From Azolla caroliniana (Eukaryota > Plantae > Polypodiophyta), in assembly GCA_043228905.1 (NCBI GenBank), contig JBHGNT010000014.1:13516001-13580000 (forward strand): a DNA stretch of 64,000 bases, in the 5' to 3' direction. The position numbers were made by a program, and so were the translations under genes. Below are positions 12,141-24,998 of this stretch, piece after piece (within the stretch, counting starts at the first letter, position 1; every line of letters starts with the position of its first letter). The notes beneath the pieces were generated by a model. That model worked only from the letters and a program-made list of their open reading frames with translations, made no database searches and was not told where the DNA came from.

Positions 12141-13148
12141 GTCGTTGCCTCTGTTGAAACCGCCGCCTGTGGCGAAGATCGTGAGCACGAGGTCGTTGCC
12201 TCCGTGAACTCACTGTTGTACATTCTAACATAGTGATATTTTGCAGCCTGTGGGCTGCCGTGGTTTTTTCCCTAGTTTGGGGTTTTCCACGTAAACATCC
12301 TGTGTACTCTTCTCTTCTTTGTGTCGTGCATTTATTTCCCGCTTTCTGTGTATGATTCTAAGCTCGGTTGTGGCCGAGTGTTGCGTATAGGGAGCGTGCA
12401 GTTCCTGTCAGCCTGTAGGTTGAGACATGTAAATGTCTTCTGCAAGATCTCTGTGTAGGAATGTCGTCTTTACATCCAGTTGCTCCAGCTCTAGGTCTTC
12501 TGTCGCCACAACTCTTGATAGGAGTTTGAGGGTGGTCCTCTTGACTATTGGTGAGAATATCTCGTCGTAGTCGACCCCATGTTCTTGTTTGAAACCTTTT
12601 GCGACAAGCCAAACTTTGTACTTGGGTTTCTCTAAGTCAGATACATATTTGTATCGGATATTTAAACCCATTTGCAAGGTAGTGGCCTTCTTCGAGTTGG
12701 TAATTCAACCAGCTCCCATGTCTGATTGTTGTGAATCAAGTCCATTTCGGATCTCATGGCTTGCAGCCATGCGTCGACGTCCGGTGCGGCTATAGCTTCG
12801 TCATATGTGCCTAGTTCGCCTGCATCGGTGTAGTTGACATAGTCGAGGCCTAGTTGATAGAACTTTGTCGGCCTTCGAGCTCGTTCAGATCTCCTGGGTG
12901 CCAAAATTGGTGGTTTGGATCGTTCGATCGTCTCTGTTGGTTGATCCGCATTTGTTGAACCACTTGTGTCAAGAGTCTTGTTGATTGATCCACCCCCACA
13001 TTGGGATTTCAGCGGTGTCGTGACGTTCTCCCTTGGGTACTCGGTCGACTCGGATATGTTTTTCCCTTGAGTCGTATCTGGTGTTTCGGTAGGTTGGACT
13101 CTGTCATTTCCGACTCTGGTCGATTTGACTTTGTCTTTGATGACTTTG
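10780..13148 (-). mobile_element. Element H: degenerate Ty1/copia (putative 3' LTR, RNase H and RT remnants)
   Basis: [46 protein letters not shown]...STTEAEY, NIVDCLTKPL; frameshifted and deleted. Confidence 0.8.
11800..12410 (+). mobile_element. Solo LTR of the copia F/I family, 5-bp TSD GCCTG
   Basis: TGTTG...TGTCA termini; GCCTG at 11795-11799 and 12411-12415; reverse-complement similarity to F and I LTRs; splits the H RT at QPTG|F. Confidence 0.88.
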
Positions 13149-13647
13149 TGTTACCCGTATAGGTGTACGGGAGGGTTAAGGTGTAATGTGTATGGTGTGT
13201 ATTGTCTAAGGTGTGTAATGTATAATATGAATGAGTGTGTGAGGATGAGTATGTGTATGAACACATGCACAATTATGTGCACATGTGTACAAGAATGCAG
13301 AGCGGTCTTATTTATAACAGGCATATAACCGTTACATTGGATGTATTATATAAATGGAATAATGCTCGGCCACAACTGAGTCTTCACTCACTTCGTTGAG
13401 AATTACAAACACAGCATTAGGAATGTGGAGATAGATGAACGTATACACAAAACATTGAAAGAGAGTGTACATAGTATGTTGACGTGGAAAACCCTAAATG
13501 GGAAAAAACCACGGGAGCCCACGGACTCCAAACTATCACTGTGTTAAAGAATACAACAGAGGGCACAGAGGCAACGACCTCGTGCTCACACTCTTTGCCT
13601 GGCAGCGGTTACAACAGAGAATCACTTTGTATCTCTCTCTCTCTACT

Positions 13648-14333
13648 TCCTAGAATTGCGTGGGAAGCAAGCAAAAAGATCCAAAAGACGCATAAAAGCA
13701 AAATTTTGTGTTCCGGTTGGATGCAAGATATAAAAAAATGATTTGGTAGATGGGATGTGAGACACTTGCTTCATGATGCATCATTAGATTCCTCTGTAAA
13801 TGAGGCATTTTTGCAACGCCAATGTATCATGACATGGGACAAATGTGGAGGCTCACGCTTCACACATTATACTACACATGTTGCACCTAACTACAAAACC
13901 ATATTCTTTGCAGAACGGGGAAATCGTACACATCTATACATGTTAGAGCCCATACCGTTATCTGCCATTCGAACCATTGCTTCCATGCGGCTTAGCTCAC
14001 ATGCATTGCGATGTGAAACAGGGTGTTGGGGTACAAGTGATGCGAGTGGTCGGCTATGCACACTTTGCCCTAAACAAGTTCGCGAGTCTGAGTATCACAC
14101 TTTGATATAATGCTCTGCCTTTGATCATATTCGACCATGCTTTCCACATCTCTTCGATTGAGCCCAATCTTTGCATGAATTCCTCTCACAACCACAATGT
14201 GCACTCTCAATTGCAACATTCATTGATAAAGTTCTTGAACATCGAGAGTCACTACTCACTTTCACACGTATCATGTGAAATGTAATATTTTTGGTCTCAT
14301 AGGTCATATTTGACCTCCGAAGACGATAATATA

Positions 14334-14394
<61 letters not shown>
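13648..14394 (+). mobile_element. 5'-truncated LINE (ORF2 C-terminal zinc knuckle, (ATCT)n tail) inserted in the F LTR, TSD TCTACT
   Basis: RLSSHALRCETG...RLCTLC...ESEYHTLIxC motif; (ATCT)n from 14333; TCTACT at 13642-13647 and 14395-14400. Confidence 0.8.
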
Positions 14395-14398
<4 letters not shown>

Positions 14399-17300
14399 CT
14401 ATGCTCTGTACAATAGTTACACCAATAATACTATACAAAATAATGACGACACAATGATACCACACAACACCTGTTTGCCCTAGGTCATATATATACTAAT
14501 ATGACTTTCGAGCTATTTACATATATAGCCACATTGGACTAACAGAAACATATTTATATCTATGTCCCTTCATCCGGTGAGACCTTCTCACTGGACCTGC
14601 ATAATCTGGTTCTCACAGGGTCTTCCTTGCCAGGTACTCTTATCCCATCCGGGGGGACCGAAATCCTAACAAACTCCCCCTTCACTCTGGCATGGGATGC
14701 CTCGTTAGTTCGATCCGCTTCTGGCATGCGTCCAACTTGTCGGGTGTTAGCACCTTGGTCAGCATATCCGACACATTCTCCTCTGTGTGGATCTTCGTCA
14801 ACATGAACTCTCGATCTTTTACTCGCTCCTGGATCCAGTGGTACCTCTGCTAGATGTGCTTTGTCCTAGAATGATACGACGCGTTCTTCGCAAGGAGAAT
14901 GGCACATTGACCGTCGCAATAGAGCTGGTATTCCTCTTGCCAGATCCCTAGCTCTTCGATGAAGTCCTTCATCCATAATATTTCCTTGCCGGCTTCCACG
15001 GCTGCCATGTACTCCACTTCCGTGGTTGACATCACAACCGTCTTCTACATCCTCAACTGCCACGAAACAGCTCCCCATGCATATGCCATGACGTATCCAG
15101 ATGTTGACCGATTGGTATCCGCCTCCGCTGATATATCCGAATCGGTGAAATCGTCAAGTCGGGGTTTATCGGAGCCGAATTGGAGACACATACTTAGGTG
15201 CCTTTCAAGTACCGGAGTATCCATTTTACCGCATTCCAGTGCTCCTTGCCATATGGTATCTTCATAATATCCGCCTTCTCTACCTTCGTCTTCGGGCTTT
15301 GATTACCGGATAACCTGTAGCTTGCCAGGAGTGTCGATCCGACCGGTTTCGCATCTGACATGTTGAACCGTTGAAGCACCTTTGTCACGTACTTCTCCTG
15401 TGACAGCCACAATTGCTTCTTTGACCGGTCCCCCGTATCTGTCTTGCCGAACCCAAGTCTTTCATTGAGAAGGTCTGGTTCAGGGCCTTCTTCAGCATTT
15501 GTATCTTAACTTGGTCTCGTTCGACGATCAACATGTCGTCCACATACAGGTGGAGTATCAAGAAGTCTCACCTTCAAACTTCTTCACAAACACGTAGTGA
15601 TCGGCCTGCATCTTGTGGTATCCTTGATCCTTCATGAAGGAGTCGAACTTCCGGTACCTTATCCGAGGAGCCTGCTTCAAACCGTAGAGACTCTTCTTCA
15701 ACCGGCAAACCAGGTGCTCCTTCCCTTTCTTCACAAATCCCTCCGGTTGCTGCATGTAGATCTCCTCTTTGAGGTCACCGTGGAGGAATGTCGTCTTCAC
15801 GTCTAACTGCTCTACCTCGAGGTCCATGCTTGACGCCATGCTCAGCACCATCTGGATGGAAGTCATCTTTACTATCGGGGCAAACATCTCGTTGAAGTCC
15901 ACGCCCTTCTTCTCCTGGAACCCCTTTACCACGATTCTGGCTTTGTATCTCGGGGGGTTGCCAGCATCTCCCGTTTCAACTTGTACAACCACTTATTTCG
16001 GAGTGCCCACTTTCCTTTCGGCAACTCCACCAGTTCATACGTGTGGTTCTTATGCAGGGAATCCTTCTCGTCCTGCATGACACTCAACCACTTCCGGCTA
16101 TGGGTGTCATCCTTTGCTTCTTCGAAGCTTTCTAGCTCCCCCTCATCGGTTAGAAACACACGCTCTGCATCCGGAAATCTCTGGGGGGGTCTTCTCTCTC
16201 TAAGAGGATATCTCGGTCTTTGGCTTTCGGCAATCGGCTCCTCTGTTTGTTCTTCATCCGAATCCGATGCTGGGTCTTGGCCAGTTCCGGTTTCAGCTTC
16301 CTCTTCTTCTTCTTCTTCTGCCGGTTCGGTATCCTCACCATAACTGGCTGGTTCTTCGAGTGTCAACCGGCCCTTAGCTGGGTAGGTCTGAATCTCATCG
16401 AACCGATCCTTACCGGTTGACTCGGAGTTCATTATCTTCTTCTCTGACTCCCAATCAGCAAGGGTCTTGTCCTCCATGAAGATAATATCTCGACTCTGGA
16501 AAACCTTCTTGTCGATCGGATCCCACACTCGGTAGCCAAACTCATCATCGCCGTATCCGAGGAATATGCAAGGCCGGGACTTTGGATCCAACTTTGCTCT
16601 CCGGTCCTTTGCAACATGCACGTAAGGGAGACACCCGAACACCTTCAGATGCTGATAAGACACTTCCTTACCGGTCCGCACTCTCTGCGGCATGTCTCCG
16701 TCCAAGCATACTAAGGGTGATCTGTTTATCACATACGTCGTTGTCGACAATGCCTCAGCCCAAAATCTCTTGGGTAGCTTAGCATGTGCTAGCATACTCT
16801 GGACCCTCTCCATTATGGTCCGGTTCATCCTCTCGGCCAACCCGTTTAGTTCCGGCGTCTTCGGCATGGTAAATTCGAGCCGGATTCCCTTCGAGCGGCA
16901 ATACTCCTCAAACTGCCCCCGATATTCTCCTCCGTTATATGCTCGAACTGCCTTCAGCTTCCAGACGGTTTCTCTTTCCACTCTCGCGTGGAGCTCCTTG
17001 AAGACGGATAACACTTGATCCTTCATCTTCAACGGTGTGGCCCACAGCTTCCGGTTGTGGTCATCTATGAACGTCACGAAGTACTGCGATCCGGCATGTG
17101 ACTTCGTGTCCATTTGACACACATCGGTATGCACCAACTCTAGTGGTGCTTTACATCTCATCGGTGGCCTCGATCAGAAGGAGGTTCGGTTTTGTTTACC
17201 GGCTAGGCAGTCGGTGCACCTCTCAAGATGCACGTTCTTCACTAGAATGAGGTTGTCATCGGCAAGCCTCTTCATCCCCTTCACGCTCATGTGACACAGT

Positions 17301-19091
17301 CTCTTGTGCCACAACTCACCGGCAGTGTTGGAAGCCACGTTCACTTCTTCCGGGCATAACCGGGCATTCATCAGGTACAACGTGTTGACTTCGTTCCGAG
17401 CATAACCGGTTGTGGTCATCTATGAACGTCGCGAAGTATTGCGCTCCGGCATGTGACTTCGTGTCCACTTGACACGCATCAGTATGCACCAACTCCAGTT
17501 GTGCATTACGTCCCATCGATGGCCTTGGGCGGAAGGAGGTCCGGTTTTGCTTACTGGCCAGGCAGTCGATGCACTTCTCAAGATGCATGTCCTTCACCGA
17601 AATGAGGTTGTCATTGGCAACCCTTTTCATCCCCTTCTCGCTCATGTGACAAAGTCTCTTGTGTCACAGCTCACCGGCAGTGTCAGATGCAACGTTCACT
17701 TCTTTTGGACATATCCGGGCATTCATCAAGTACAGTGTGTTGACCTTCTGGGCTCGAGCCATTATTAGGCTCCGTTTGCAGAACTTCATGACACCGTTCC
17801 GGATGCTACCCGTCTAGCCTTCATCGTCTAGCCTACCGGCTGATATTAGGTTTAGTCGAACCTCCAGAACATGTCGGACATCCTTTATCAGCAACTTGCA
17901 TCCGGTTGCTGTTGTCAACCACACGTCTCCTATGCCGACGATTCGGCATGTACCTTCATTCCCCATACGGACACAACCGTGCTCACCGGCTGTGTAGGAT
18001 GAGAAGTATTTCCGGTCCGGGGTCAGGTGGAACGATGCTCCGGAATCGACAACCCACGTTGTCTTGTCGCCGGCTTGAGCATCAACTCCTCTTCACTTGC
18101 CACGATTGTCGTCGTTCCCTTCCGGTTCAGTCCTCGCCGATCCGAACCGTTTAGGTCCGGTGACTTCTTCGAATCGATATTGTCGGTTCCCTTGTCTTTT
18201 TGGAAATGCCAACAGTTCTTCTAGAAGTGCCCCGGCTTCCCACAATAGAAGCAAGTGGGCCTTCCCCTTGACTTTGACCGTGTCCCCGACTTTTCCTGGT
18301 TCTGGGGACTTTGATTCCTTTGTCTTCCGCGTTCCGATTTGGTAAGGACCGCTTTGGAGTCAGAGCTCGTATCCTTGTCATTCCGATGTGCCTCCTCATC
18401 TAGCAATATCAACTTGACTCTTGCTAGGGATAACTGTTTTCCTTCCAGCCCGGCGTTGCCCAAAGTGACAACTAACGTCTCCCAGCTATTCGGGAGGGAA
18501 CCGAGCAGGAGTAGGGCAAGTACCTCATCAGCGAGAGGTACTTCCAAAGAGGTTTCCTGGTGAATCAACCCCTAGAAGGCATTCGTGTGTTCCGCCATAC
18601 TAGAGCCATCTTGGTACCGAAGCCCCACTAGCTTCCGGAATACCGAAACCTGATTAACAACATTTTTGTTCTGAAACATAATGTCGATCTTCTCCCTGAG
18701 CTCATAAGCCTTGCTCTCTTCATTGAAGTTGTTGTACAGGCTCATGTCGATGAACCATCGTATGTACGTCGTTGTCTTCATGTGCATCACCTCCCATATT
18801 GTGGCATCGATCTTGTCTGGTCTCTTGTCCCCGAACTAAACCGGCAACCAAAGATCTTTAACCACGAGCATGTCCCTCATCTTCGACTTCCACACTGAGT
18901 AGTTGGAGCCGCTGAGCTTGAACATGTGTCCCAACAAATCTTCCATTTTTCTGTGTCGTTTCGCTCTGATACCAGATTGACACAAAATATGCGTGTGCGG
19001 AATTGTAAAGAATAGCGTGCGGAAGCAAGTAGAAAACCGAAGACAGAAAAATACGCAAGTTTAATGGAGAGCTTGAATATACACAGTACAC

Positions 19092-19128
<37 letters not shown>

Positions 19129-22100
19129 CACAAGACTCTATTCAAAAAATAATACTCTGTACATCGTATGTGTTCAGTGAACACTTTTATACAAGTCCAT
19201 ACGGCCTGACAGAAGTACGGTGTACTTCAATGCTCACACAAGCGTCTGACAGCCAATCCGGATCCGGTTGAGCTTGCCGCTCAACACTCCCCCTCAAGCT
19301 CATCTTGAGGTCGGATCGTAGTGTTAGTCTCCATGGCAGCCGATCCTTCCACCCGGCTCCTTCTGGCGTCACTCCGCCTCGCTCGCGCTCCTTGTCCGGT
19401 CCGGTCCCGTTTGCCACGACCCTTCTATTTCTGCGCACCTAGACCTCGGTCAGCTTGTCTACTCAACATGCCCAAATCAGCTCCATCGCTGTTGTGACTT
19501 CAGCGCTTTTCGATTCGCCGATTCCTTCGTGTTGGCATTGACTTTTGTTGCCTTCTCGTCCTCTTGGGCTTGAATTGATCCGGTTCTTCTGAATAAGTTT
19601 GTTGAACCGAATCGACTGTCTCAGATTCGTTCCAGCTCTTGTCCGAATCGATCGTTCCCAATTTGTCTTCCGGTTCCAAACCCTTCACCACATCGGACCA
19701 TGTCTGGGTCTTGGCCTTCTTCTTCCGGTCGGCTCTGTCCTTCTTGACTTTGTCGCCTCTATTGCTTGTTCCGACTTGTTCGGATGTGTCAACTTCCTTT
19801 GTCGACTCGGCTCCTTTCTTCTTCTTGTCTCTCCCTTTGTCGGTTCTTCCCTCACCGACGCAATTGGCAGTTTCTTTGCCTTTGCCCATTCCAGTGTCTT
19901 TGCCTGTTCTCCCCCTCAAGTGTGGCATGTCGAGATGCTAAACTCCAAGCATTTCGGTGAAGTGTTGCAACTTGTCCGATCCGAGCGGTTTGGTGAAGAT
20001 GTCGGCAACTTGCCAATCCGTATGAACATACCGAAGTTTGACTTCACCGTTGAGGAGTCACTCGCGCACGAAGTGGTAGTGCACTTCTATGTTCTTTGTG
20101 CGAGCATGGAATACGGGGTTCTTGGCGAGCTACATGTTGCTTATGTTGTTGCAGTAGATCAGGATCAAGGTTGGCACCTCAATTCGTAGGTCTTGCAGCA
20201 GTCGTCGAAGCCAAATGGCTTCACAGGTGGCAACAGTAGCGCCCTGATATTTATAGCCTCAGTGCTCAAAAGGGCCATTGTTGGCTGCTTTTTGCTGCTC
20301 CACGCAACAACTGCGCTACCAAGGGAAAACATATAGCCAGAGGTGAATCGGCGATCCGATGCATCGCCGGCCCAGTCGGCATCGGTGTAGCCCACTAGCT
20401 CTTCGGTTATACCATTTCTGTATAACAGTCCCCCCGTTCCTTCGTACCGCTCACATATCGCAAAATTCGATGTGCGCACAAAAGGTGCTCCACAGTCGGC
20501 TTCTGCATATATTGGTTGATCATGCCGACCGGATAACTGATGTCGGGTCAGGTGATTGTCAAATATATAAGGCTTCCGATGATTTCTCAGAACCGCTTCT
20601 CATCGCAAGCCGATCCGAAGTCAAGACGGAGCTTCTGGTTCCGGTCCAGGGGTGTGGAGATCAGTCGGTATTCTGTCATGCCGAACTTGTACAACATATT
20701 CAACACATACTGTCTTTGTGAGAGCAATATGCCATCGGGGGTTTGGATCACCTCGATCCCAAGGAAATAGTGAAGGGCCCCCAGGTCCTTCATCTCAAAT
20801 GCGTCCGACAGCTGGAACTTGACTCGGCTGATTTCATCGAGTTCGGGACCAATGATGACTAGATTATCAACATACAACAAGATGCAAACCGGACCGTCCG
20901 GACCTTGCCGGATGAACAACAAAGAGTCAAACTTGGAGGCCGCAAACCCCATCTTACGCAATCGGCGCGTGATCTTCGCATTCCAAGCGTGGGGGGCTTG
21001 CTTCAGGCCATAAAGTGACTTCTTCAGCCGGCATACCACCGACTTGTTCATCCTCGATTGGAAATCGGGGGGTTGGGTCATAAAGACCTCGTCTTCAAGA
21101 TCGCCTTGAAGAAATGCATTCTTCACGTCCATCTGGTGAAGATGCCACCCCCTTGCCGCAGCAACCGCCAGTAGCACACAAATCGTAGTCATCTTCGCTA
21201 CCGGAGTGAAGGTCTTGTCGTAGTCGATTCTGTGGGTCTGTGCATATCCCTTCGCCACTAACCGGGCCTTGTACTGGTTAACCGAACCATCGGCATTGTA
21301 CTTTACCTTGTACACCCACTTACATCCGATCGGTTTACAGTGTCGGGGAGGGTCAATTAGGTCCCATGTGTCATTGGCATCAAGTGCCCACATTTCTTCC
21401 TCCATAGCAGCACGCCAATTTGCGTCCCTTGCCGCTTTTGCGTAGCTCTCTGGCTCACGCACTTCCGCCACCTTGGTCATGTACACATATTGATGCACCA
21501 TGTACTCATTGTTCCCATACCGCTTCACGGGGTTCTTCTGGCGGGAAGACCGGCGTAACTTATCGTTACCTGGTTTGAGGCCCTTCTTGGCCGGTTCAGA
21601 CTTCATTCTCGAAGATCCACCTTCATTCTTTCCGGAGTCGGATTCGCTCCGATCCGACTCATCGTTGCCGGTTTCATATTCCGGAATCTTCTTCCTCCCC
21701 TTCTCTTTGCGTGTGAACCGTCTCCTCGGTTCCTTGCGCGGGGAGAGCATGGCAGAGTCTCCATTACTCGCCGGTTCCTCATCGGACTGGTCATCCCGAC
21801 TCAGCCACTCATTCGATCCACTTAACCGAAATGAGATCGGACTCTCTTCTAGAGTGTCGGGGTCTTCATCTTCTATCTGGACCGGTTCCGGCTCACTAGC
21901 CTCATCCTCCGGTATCGGGTCAGGGTCGGAAGTCGGAGCTGGTAAGGCATACCATGATGTCGTCTCATCAAACGCAACATCCCGGCTAACTCGGACCCAC
22001 TTCGTCCGAGGGTTATAACACTTATACCCCTTTTGCTCATGCGAGTAACTGACCAGGATGCATTTCTCCGACTTTGCATCCAACTTCCTCCGCTTCCCAT

Positions 22101-22943
22101 CCGACACATGCACATATGCAACGCTACCGAATATCCGAAGATGTCTCAAATTCGGCTTGCATCCGAAATACAACTCATGTGCGGACACCTTGTCACTGAT
22201 CCAGTTTTGGATATAGACAGTTGTCCAGACCGCCTCGGCCCACTAGAAATGAGGCATGCTCTTTTCCTCCAGCATTGCCCTTGCCGCGTTGACAATCGAC
22301 CGATTCTTCCTTTTGGCCACATTGTTTTGCTCCGATGTGTATCTGCAGCTGAACTCTCTCCGAATTCCTTTTTGCTGCAGATAATTGTTGAATTGGCCGG
22401 AAAAATATTCTTTTCTGCCATCTGACCGCAAGCACTTGATCTTCCTCTCCATTTCCCGTTCAACCAGGCTTTGCAGGTTCGGGAAACACTCGAAGACTTC
22501 GCTCTTCCGCTCAATGAGGTAGATCCATGTGTGCCGGTTGTAGTCGTCGATGAAGGAGACGAAATACCGATTCCCACCAAGACTAACATTTTGTGCCAGT
22601 CCCCATACATCCGAATGAATAAGGTCGAGCTTGTTACGGCTACAGTTTCATTCAGTGGGGAATGGAAGCCGGTGTTGCTTCCCGAGTTGGCAAGTTTCAC
22701 AAATTTCGGCCTTCCGACCGCTAACTTTCGGCAAACCGAAAACGACTTGTTTCGATTGCAGGTCTTGCAGCCTCCAATAATTGACGTGGTTGATCCGCTT
22801 ATGCCAGAGATCGATATCCGATTCAATCTTCTGACCTTTGGCGAACAAGGCAGTGCCGACGTCATTGGTGTCGAGGATAAACATCCTCCCGTCTCTACGC
22901 CCTTGCGCAATGATTTGGCCCTCTTCCTCAATGAAGCACCCGA

Positions 22944-23773
22944 TGTCGTAGTGTATTTCGTACACTACGTGAAAAACTTATAAAGTACCGATTTAATAAA
23001 TATGAATAAATAGTAGAAAATATTAAAATATATATATTAACATGCATAGGGCAAGATTCGAACCTTGCACCTCCATGTTAATAATGTAATGTCTTACCAT
23101 TACACTAGCATTTCATTAGTGTTAAAAAGTAGATGTCCCACATAGAAAGTTAAGTTCACATAGGATAAACTTTAGTTAAAAGAAAAAAACGCATGCTAAA
23201 AGAAAAAGTTGTGCATGCATATCTAGTGTGTATGAACGCTATAGTTTATAAAAAACGCACAAGTTAGAAAAAGCATGATCACTTTAGATAAAGCATATAG
23301 TCTATCTATAGAAAAAGCATGGAGTCTATAGTTAGAGAAAACGCATGGGTTGGAAAAGACTCTCTCATCTCTATATAAGGATGAGGAGCACAATGTAAAA
23401 CGTGTGAAAAATATTTGGGAAATTGGATATATTTCCTAAAACACCAATTAATATAATCGTGGGATTCACGAAGTTTTATATAATCTATCTCTTTCAATCT
23501 AAATTCATATTCTTACATAAATATTGATTAATGTAATACTTGTGGGATTCACAAGGTTTGATCTCTTTTCTATTTCTACTCTAAACTATTCTAAACTATT
23601 TCAATTTATTACTATGATTAAGACAAACTAAAACAACTCTACTTGTGGGATTCACAAGCTTCTAATAATCTATACATAATTAAAATCGCCTCAAATTCTT
23701 CCTCTTCCTAGTCCATAACCCCAGTGGTTCCCACCCGACTCACGCAAACGATCTGGCGCCGAAAGGCACGACA
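22944..23773 (+). mobile_element. Solo LTR C1 (830 bp, AT-rich), TGTCG...CGACA, 4-bp TSD CCGA
   Basis: CCGA at 22940-22943 and 23774-23777; the empty site is visible in paralogue J near 32925; TATATAAG at about 23372. Confidence 0.88.
23055..23107 (-). promoter_or_regulatory. tRNA-type A/B-box cassette in C1
   Basis: TAGTGTAATGG ... GGTTCGAATC, 43-nt spacing, T4 run at 23028-23025. Confidence 0.6.
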
Positions 23774-24998
23774 CCGAGGTACGTAAACCGCACCTGCATC
23801 CCTTGGTCGACAATCTGTCCAACCGACACCAGGTTCTTCGTGATAGTCAAAACGTGTAATACGTTCATCAGCTTCCCCCTTTGTCCGACGTGGCTCAAAT
23901 GGACTTCTCTGACATGCACGATTAGGTGAGGAGTGTCGTCTCCGGTTTCGACAACTCCCGGTTGTTTCAAATTCTCCAAGAAAGAGAACCGCTCTTTGTG
24001 TCTCGTCATGTGATTCGACGCACCGGAGTCAACGTACCACACTTCCTCCGATTTGGACGTGGTCTTCTTCATTGATTTAGCCTCTTCTTTCATCACCAAG
24101 GCTGGCCCATTACCGTCTTTTCCGGTTTTGGATCCTCCCGATCCTTCTACGTAGTGCAAGTATTGTTGGTTCTCTCTACCGGCCTTGCTAGATCCGGATC
24201 TGTCCGAATCGGCGCGCTTCTTCCAGCAGTCGCTTTCTCTGTGGCCCTTTTTACCACAATACCGGCATTCCATGTCGCCCTTTGCTTGCCAGCCTCCGGC
24301 GCCACCTTGACTCCCCTGCTTGTGGAGGGTCCAAAACTACTGTCGGCATGTTCTCTGTGCCTTCGGTCCTGCTCTTGCCGGCCGCTACCATTGCGAGCCG
24401 ACCCGCCTCGTCCACCACGCCCACGGGGCCGATCCGCCTCTGTGTACAACATCCGGCTGTCGATGGGTGCACTTGTTGACACACCGGCATGGTTCTCCTC
24501 CACAAGGAGCATCGACTGTAAGTCGAAAAATGACGGCATATTCTCCCTTGTACACACAACAGTTCGGAACACTCTGAACTTTGATGCCAAACCTCCGAGA
24601 TAGATTTGCACTATATCGGCTTCTTCGATATTCACATCGATGGAGGCTAGAGAGTCGCAAATGTCCTTGATTTTGGAGGTGTAGTCTGCCACCGACAACT
24701 CGCGTTGTCGTAGATTGCTTAGCTCCTGTCGGAGTTGAAGCTTCCTGGCTGTAGTACTTGCGGCGAAAATCTTCTTCAGATTTCCCCAAGCATCTTTCTG
24801 CATTTTTGCATCCCGAATGTAGCTTAGGAGTTGTTTGCCCACACAAGACGCGAAGCAGTATAGTACTCTGCTCGTCGACTGTTCCCACACCGGGAAATCT
24901 CTGTCTGTTGATTCGGGTGTTGTGTCATTTGCTCCGTCCACATAGCTCTAGTAACCGTGACCGAGCAGGTACTGGTGCATCTTGTACGACCAAGACGC

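Noticed and set aside
13149-13336. 188-bp TG...CA segment resembling a short solo LTR
   Set aside because: No TSD and no second copy in the window.
23040-23115. Calling the A/B-box cassettes functional tRNA genes
   Set aside because: Acceptor and anticodon stems do not pair; only the promoter boxes and partial D/T arms remain.
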